Source of the DNA: Minisyncoccota bacterium
Lineage (GTDB): Bacteria; Patescibacteriota; Minisyncoccia; Phycocordibacterales; JBAYLF01
Direction of reading: 5' to 3'
Length of the DNA: 64,000 nt
Assembly: GCA_041664205.1 (NCBI GenBank)
Contig: JBAYLF010000001.1
Location: 3,380 to 67,379, forward strand
The translations under genes were made by a program, and so were the position numbers. The notes under the pieces were generated by a model that was given only the letters and a program-made list of their open reading frames with translations, was not told the DNA's origin and did not search any database. Of this stretch, positions 60,022 through 64,000 are shown piece after piece. The first letter of the stretch is position 1. Every line of letters begins with the position of its first letter.

Positions 60022-61950
60022 CTAATGTTGAACAATATCATCTTGAGGAGAAAATTGAGGATCACTATTTATTCGTGTGGATAATACTTGAGTTTTAGTT
60101 GATAGATCAACTCCAGTAAACCTATCCGTTCCACTAAGAACAATACCGCTAATAAGACTGGGCGCCGTTCCAACCTGGCTTGCGCTAGCAGTAAAAGACA
60201 CCTGGAAACTTACAGTTCTTGGTGGCAAAGAAAATCCTGTTCCAGCTTTCACTTCTCCAACATTCCAGGTTATTTGTCTGTTAGCTGGATCGAAAGATAT
60301 TTTTTCATCAGAAGGATAGCTCTTTGATGTCCAATTTACATACACAGGTAAAGTAGCAACAACTTTTGCATTCGAAACATAGTTCGTAGTATTTGTTACA
60401 GTCCATGTAGCTGTATAGGAAGTTAATTGATCAACTTTAGGTGGTATTGGTCCAGTATTCTCAAATGCACCAACAAAGTGAACCATATTAGAAGTTAGGG
60501 CAAGATTAGTAGAGAATTTAACAATTTTAGTTATTGTTGAATATATATCTTCTGGAACGCCAGATTCTGAAAGTCTTTTGCCGTGAATATTAACATCTAT
60601 CTGTATTTGAGGATTTCTCATATTATTTCCTTCTTCGGTTGCAGATTGTGAACCTGCAAAGTTAAAACCAGCAGAACCTGATTCATTCGTTGCAAGTTCG
60701 CTTAATTGAACATAATTATCTTTATTCCATGTAATTATATTATCTTGAGAACTATAATAACCTCCCTGAGAAGTAACCATTGTTTTATTCAACATACTTC
60801 CGCTAAATTTAAGCTGAATAATTAAATCTGTAATTTTTTCCGGCAAATTATTTTTCCACTTTAAAAGTCCCTTTATAGTTTTGTCAGCTACCGCAATATG
60901 TTCTGATGATTGATCTTCATCAATACCCATAGACAACGCAAGAAATGGTTTGCTTATCAAAATACTTTGAGCAACCGATGTAAACACGGAACTAATAACT
61001 TTCTGATCATTAGGACTTTGATTACCCACAGTGAAAGTAAAAATCTTTTCCTCTTCATCCTGACCTACTATTTTTCCTGTTATCTTGATAGTGCGTTTAC
61101 CTTTTGGTTCAAGATCACCAATATTCCATATTGAATCACCAAACTCTGGTTTAGGAGAAGTATTGCCTAAAGTAAAACCGAAAGGATAGCGAACTTGAAG
61201 AAGTAAGTTCTTCATAGTAACTGAAGAATTTGATGAAATCGTAACTTCTATGCTCGCATCTTGATTTGAATACGTTTCTTTCAATGAAGAGACTGAAACT
61301 GTTATAGGCGAAGTTCCTATTGCTACATCGTAAGATGTGCTCTTTTGAAAAACTGCATTTGAACCTGGCACACGATATGTAAGAGTTACTTTGACTGGCT
61401 TCTTTTCTCCTTCTTCTCCAAAAATAAGTGCTTTTATTGTGCGTCTGGCTGTTTCGCCTGATTTGATAGTCCCTAAATCATCTTGAAATCTTAAATAATC
61501 TTCATTAGCGTTTTCTGCTCTTTTTGTTCCGTCAGGAAACTCAACATTAAGATCAACGAGCTGGAGATCAATCGAATTGCGATTATCTACTAAAATATCT
61601 AAAGGTAATTCATCGCCTCCAGAAACAGAAGTTGGGCCAATTACAGAAATATCTATATTATTAACAGAAACTTTATTATTACCATTGAAGAAAATAAAAA
61701 AACTCACTGTGACTGAAATCACAAAAAATACAATCGATAAAGTAAGGATTTTTTTGAAAATTGATGGACCCACAGTTTCTTCTACTGTATTTTCAACAGC
61801 TTCGTTAATATTAATATCATTCCAGTCACTAGAAACATTTTCTGTTTTCTTCCTGAGAAAGCCTTTGTTCATAAAAGACAAAGCTTTTTCTTTACGAGAA
61901 TAAAGATTAGTTTTTATATGTTCTAGTCTGCTTTTTTTATCTCCATCCAT
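60022..61950 (-). CDS. Large membrane-anchored extracytoplasmic protein, unknown function
   Basis: Cytoplasmic N-terminus, one TM helix (ILTLSIVFFVISVTVSFFIFF), about 550-aa Ser/Thr-rich beta-rich ectodomain. Confidence 0.35.
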   Translation of the reverse strand: MDGDKKSRLEHIKTNLYSRKEKALSFMNKGFLRKKTENVSSDWNDININEAVENTVEETVGPSIFKKILTLSIVFFVISVTVSFFIFFNGNNKVSVNNIDISVIGPTSVSGGDELPLDILVDNRNSIDLQLVDLNVEFPDGTKRAENANEDYLRFQDDLGTIKSGETARRTIKALIFGEEGEKKPVKVTLTYRVPGSNAVFQKSTSYDVAIGTSPITVSVSSLKETYSNQDASIEVTISSNSSVTMKNLLLQVRYPFGFTLGNTSPKPEFGDSIWNIGDLEPKGKRTIKITGKIVGQDEEEKIFTFTVGNQSPNDQKVISSVFTSVAQSILISKPFLALSMGIDEDQSSEHIAVADKTIKGLLKWKNNLPEKITDLIIQLKFSGSMLNKTMVTSQGGYYSSQDNIITWNKDNYVQLSELATNESGSAGFNFAGSQSATEEGNNMRNPQIQIDVNIHGKRLSESGVPEDIYSTITKIVKFSTNLALTSNMVHFVGAFENTGPIPPKVDQLTSYTATWTVTNTTNYVSNAKVVATLPVYVNWTSKSYPSDEKISFDPANRQITWNVGEVKAGTGFSLPPRTVSFQVSFTASASQVGTAPSLISGIVLSGTDRFTGVDLSTKTQVLSTRINSDPQFSPQDDIVQH

Positions 61951-61989
61951 GCTCTAAATTATATCACAATTATTTTTGTGTAACGTAAA

Positions 61990-62580
61990 TTACAAGTGAC
62001 TTTCTCTCATCGCTTTATTAATGGCTTGAATAATAGGTTTATTTTGAATTTTTACATCACTAAATAGTGTTTCTCCCCAATCATCATTGATCAGTTTTTC
62101 TATACCGCTAAAATTTTCTATGTATCCCAAATTATTAAATATTCGCAACAGCAAAACGCATTCAAAATTTTTAAGATTATCCTTAGATAAATTATTATCT
62201 TTCAAATAATTAAAAGCATTAAGTAGTATCTCGAACAGTTCGCTATTTTTTTCCTGTTCAGGAATAAATCGTCGAAGAAGATCGAAAACTCGAGCTATAA
62301 AAATAATTTTTTCTTTATCATTTTCACATTCTCTGTATAAATTATATTCACATTCGGCACTCGTTATCCTCCACAAATTTTTTCCCCTCACAAGTGAAAC
62401 ACTGCTAAAGGAAAAATCTATAAGATTTCCTTTGAGTTTGGATTTAATATCTCTTACGCTTTGGGCTTTTCCATATATCATACCGAGCTCGCGCGTAAAA
62501 ATATAAAAATATTTATTTGAATCATCTACATTCCTGTTTCCAAGAACAAATCCTTTAGTTTTATAAATATGATACGACAT
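61990..62580 (-). CDS. RecO-like DNA repair protein (short form)
   Basis: N-terminal OB-fold pattern YKTKGFVLGNRNVDDSNKYFYIFTRELGMIYGKAQSVR resembles the RecO N-terminus. Confidence 0.4.
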   Translation of the reverse strand: MSYHIYKTKGFVLGNRNVDDSNKYFYIFTRELGMIYGKAQSVRDIKSKLKGNLIDFSFSSVSLVRGKNLWRITSAECEYNLYRECENDKEKIIFIARVFDLLRRFIPEQEKNSELFEILLNAFNYLKDNNLSKDNLKNFECVLLLRIFNNLGYIENFSGIEKLINDDWGETLFSDVKIQNKPIIQAINKAMRESHL

Positions 62581-62727
62581 AAATTTGAGATTATTCTAAC
62601 ACAAAAAAAGACCCTCAGTCTGCCGAAGCAAATTGAGGGTCAAATGGTTAGAGAATTTAGAAATAATAAATATTCAAAAATTCTAAACCAAAATAATTAC
62701 CTTGCTAAATGAGGTGAAGATTTAATA

Positions 62728-62910
62728 TCATTTAGATTGACGACCTTTTTTATTCCAATCCCGATTTACCATAACCAAATCGCCAAACTCGTCAAAAATA
62801 TAGTCACAAGCAGATTCTTTCCCTGGAGCAAGAGCAAACTTACGATTTTGACAATTTTGAATACCCAAAAAAATGCAAATCCTACTTATAATTGTTTTCT
62901 TATGTTTCAT
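62728..62910 (-). CDS. Hypothetical small protein
   Basis: ORF only. Confidence 0.2.
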   Translation of the reverse strand: MKHKKTIISRICIFLGIQNCQNRKFALAPGKESACDYIFDEFGDLVMVNRDWNKKGRQSK

Positions 62911-63109
62911 AATTATTCTTTCTTTGATGTTGTTTAATTTTTGCTAAGTAGTTACCACATTGGTAGTCATAGCCAAAAAATCTCAAACTTTAAGACCTTT
63001 TGGCTATGACTATTTTTTCACAAGTAATTTAAAAGAACTTCAATTAAGATATAACAAAATAGACCTTATGTCAAAGAAACATAAGATCTATTCGTAGCCA
63101 AACAAAAAC

Positions 63110-64000
63110 CTATTTAATGATTTTTATTTTAAGCTTAGTGCCAGCAATGTCTGTTTCCTCTCCTTCGGAAGATGCAATAAATTGAATTTCTTTAAGACCT
63201 GTGAGTTTGGAAATTTCAGCTTTAAAACTTTCAATTAACGATTTTCCTTTTTCATCAGTTTCAATAAGTAGCACGACTTTATCAGAAGGGTTAAGTCCTT
63301 CTTTCTTTCTCAAGTCTTGAATGAAACGTACGAGATCACGCATCTCGCCTTCTTTTTTAAGTTCGTCTGTTATTACAATATCTAATTCAACTTCTTCTTT
63401 TATAGAAGCATCAGACAAAACTTCTTTAACATTAATTTCGTCTTTTATTAGATTTACCAATTCATTATTCTTTTGAATTTCTGCTTTTAGATCTTTGACT
63501 TTAAGAGATACTAGAGGTTGTCTGACTTTTATTTTTGATTTTGCTCTAGCTTCCAAGCCTAATGAAACAATTTTTCTAACCTCCTGCATTTCTTCAATAA
63601 CAGCTTCTTGATTTTCGTCGTTCATACTTTGCCAATCTTCAAGATGAACGCTCAAAAGCGAGCCACCTGCTCGTTTATAAACATCTTCAGCAATAAACGG
63701 AGTAAACGGCGCCATCATTTTTGAAAGTTCTAACAAAACATATTGTATTGTTTCAAGCGCGACTTTTTTATCTTCCTTATCATCTCCTTTGAAACGTTCT
63801 CGAGATCGTCTCAAATACCAAGTTGAAAGATCATCAACAAAATCTGCAAATGGTCGCGCAGCGCGATCCAACTCAAAATTCTCAAGTTCTTTTGTAACTT
63901 GAATATTTAATTCGGATAATCTAGCCAAAATCCAAACATCCAAAACATTTTTACTCTGTGATTTTGATTTTAGATTTTCCGATCCTGCTTCTTTGTAGAG
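63110..64000 (-). CDS. ileS: Isoleucyl-tRNA synthetase, C-terminal portion (gene continues beyond the window end)
   Basis: Anticodon-binding region STWYLRRSRERFKG matches the IleRS SNWYVRRNRRRFW signature; the ORF is open to the window edge. Confidence 0.6.
   Translation of the reverse strand, partial: LYKEAGSENLKSKSQSKNVLDVWILARLSELNIQVTKELENFELDRAARPFADFVDDLSTWYLRRSRERFKGDDKEDKKVALETIQYVLLELSKMMAPFTPFIAEDVYKRAGGSLLSVHLEDWQSMNDENQEAVIEEMQEVRKIVSLGLEARAKSKIKVRQPLVSLKVKDLKAEIQKNNELVNLIKDEINVKEVLSDASIKEEVELDIVITDELKKEGEMRDLVRFIQDLRKKEGLNPSDKVVLLIETDEKGKSLIESFKAEISKLTGLKEIQFIASSEGEETDIAGTKLKIKIIK

Noticed and set aside
1-64000. CRISPR array
   Set aside because: I scanned for regularly spaced direct repeats of 24-48 bp. 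The only repeated units are the dispersed palindromic elements listed above, which are single copies per locus with no spacer periodicity.
1-64000. Alternative genetic code (UGA recoding as in some CPR lineages)
   Set aside because: Conserved genes (recA, ftsH, metG, recG, ftsK) are full length and uninterrupted under the standard code, so there is no need to invoke recoding.

Overview
This 64 kb window is AT-rich (about 30-35% GC) and densely packed with short genes. The gene content looks like a small-genome, probably CPR/Patescibacteria-like bacterium; I cannot confirm that from sequence alone.

Known content: Bases 124-10605 hold a complete, co-directional type IV pilus / DNA-uptake locus: three tandem pilins, pilC, pilT, a CheY-type response regulator, pilB, a small accessory gene, pilO/N/M-like genes, and a divergent comF. 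The rest is mostly housekeeping: metK with a SAM-I riboswitch I identified, malic enzyme, recG, ftsH, smpB plus a tmRNA gene I called, infC-rpmI-rplT, ftsK, recA, efp, rpsF-ssb-rpsR, tatD, metG, glyQS, a partial ileS, and cell-envelope enzymes.

Unusual content: (1) Three families of GC-rich palindromic MITE-like intergenic repeats. One family is of the ATTCCC-N8-GGGAAT type at five loci and shows compensatory changes between its arms. (2) A 1.08 kb ORF at about 48% GC whose compositional boundaries match the ORF ends exactly, a probable recent foreign gene of unknown function. (3) A small GIY-YIG gene immediately downstream of ssrA, flanked by a direct repeat of the ssrA 3' end, which looks like the scar of an integrative element. 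(4) tRNA-Ser followed by several inverted or direct copies of its own 3' end. (5) A genomically encoded tRNA-Ile with anticodon UAU. (6) Two tandem small, extremely cysteine-rich proteins. (7) A structured, terminator-ended candidate ncRNA of about 200 nt. (8) Two giant secreted proteins with N-terminal peptidoglycan-binding domains, which have long AT-rich leaders, one of them with a perfect 30-bp palindrome.

No CRISPR array, integrase or transposase was seen.
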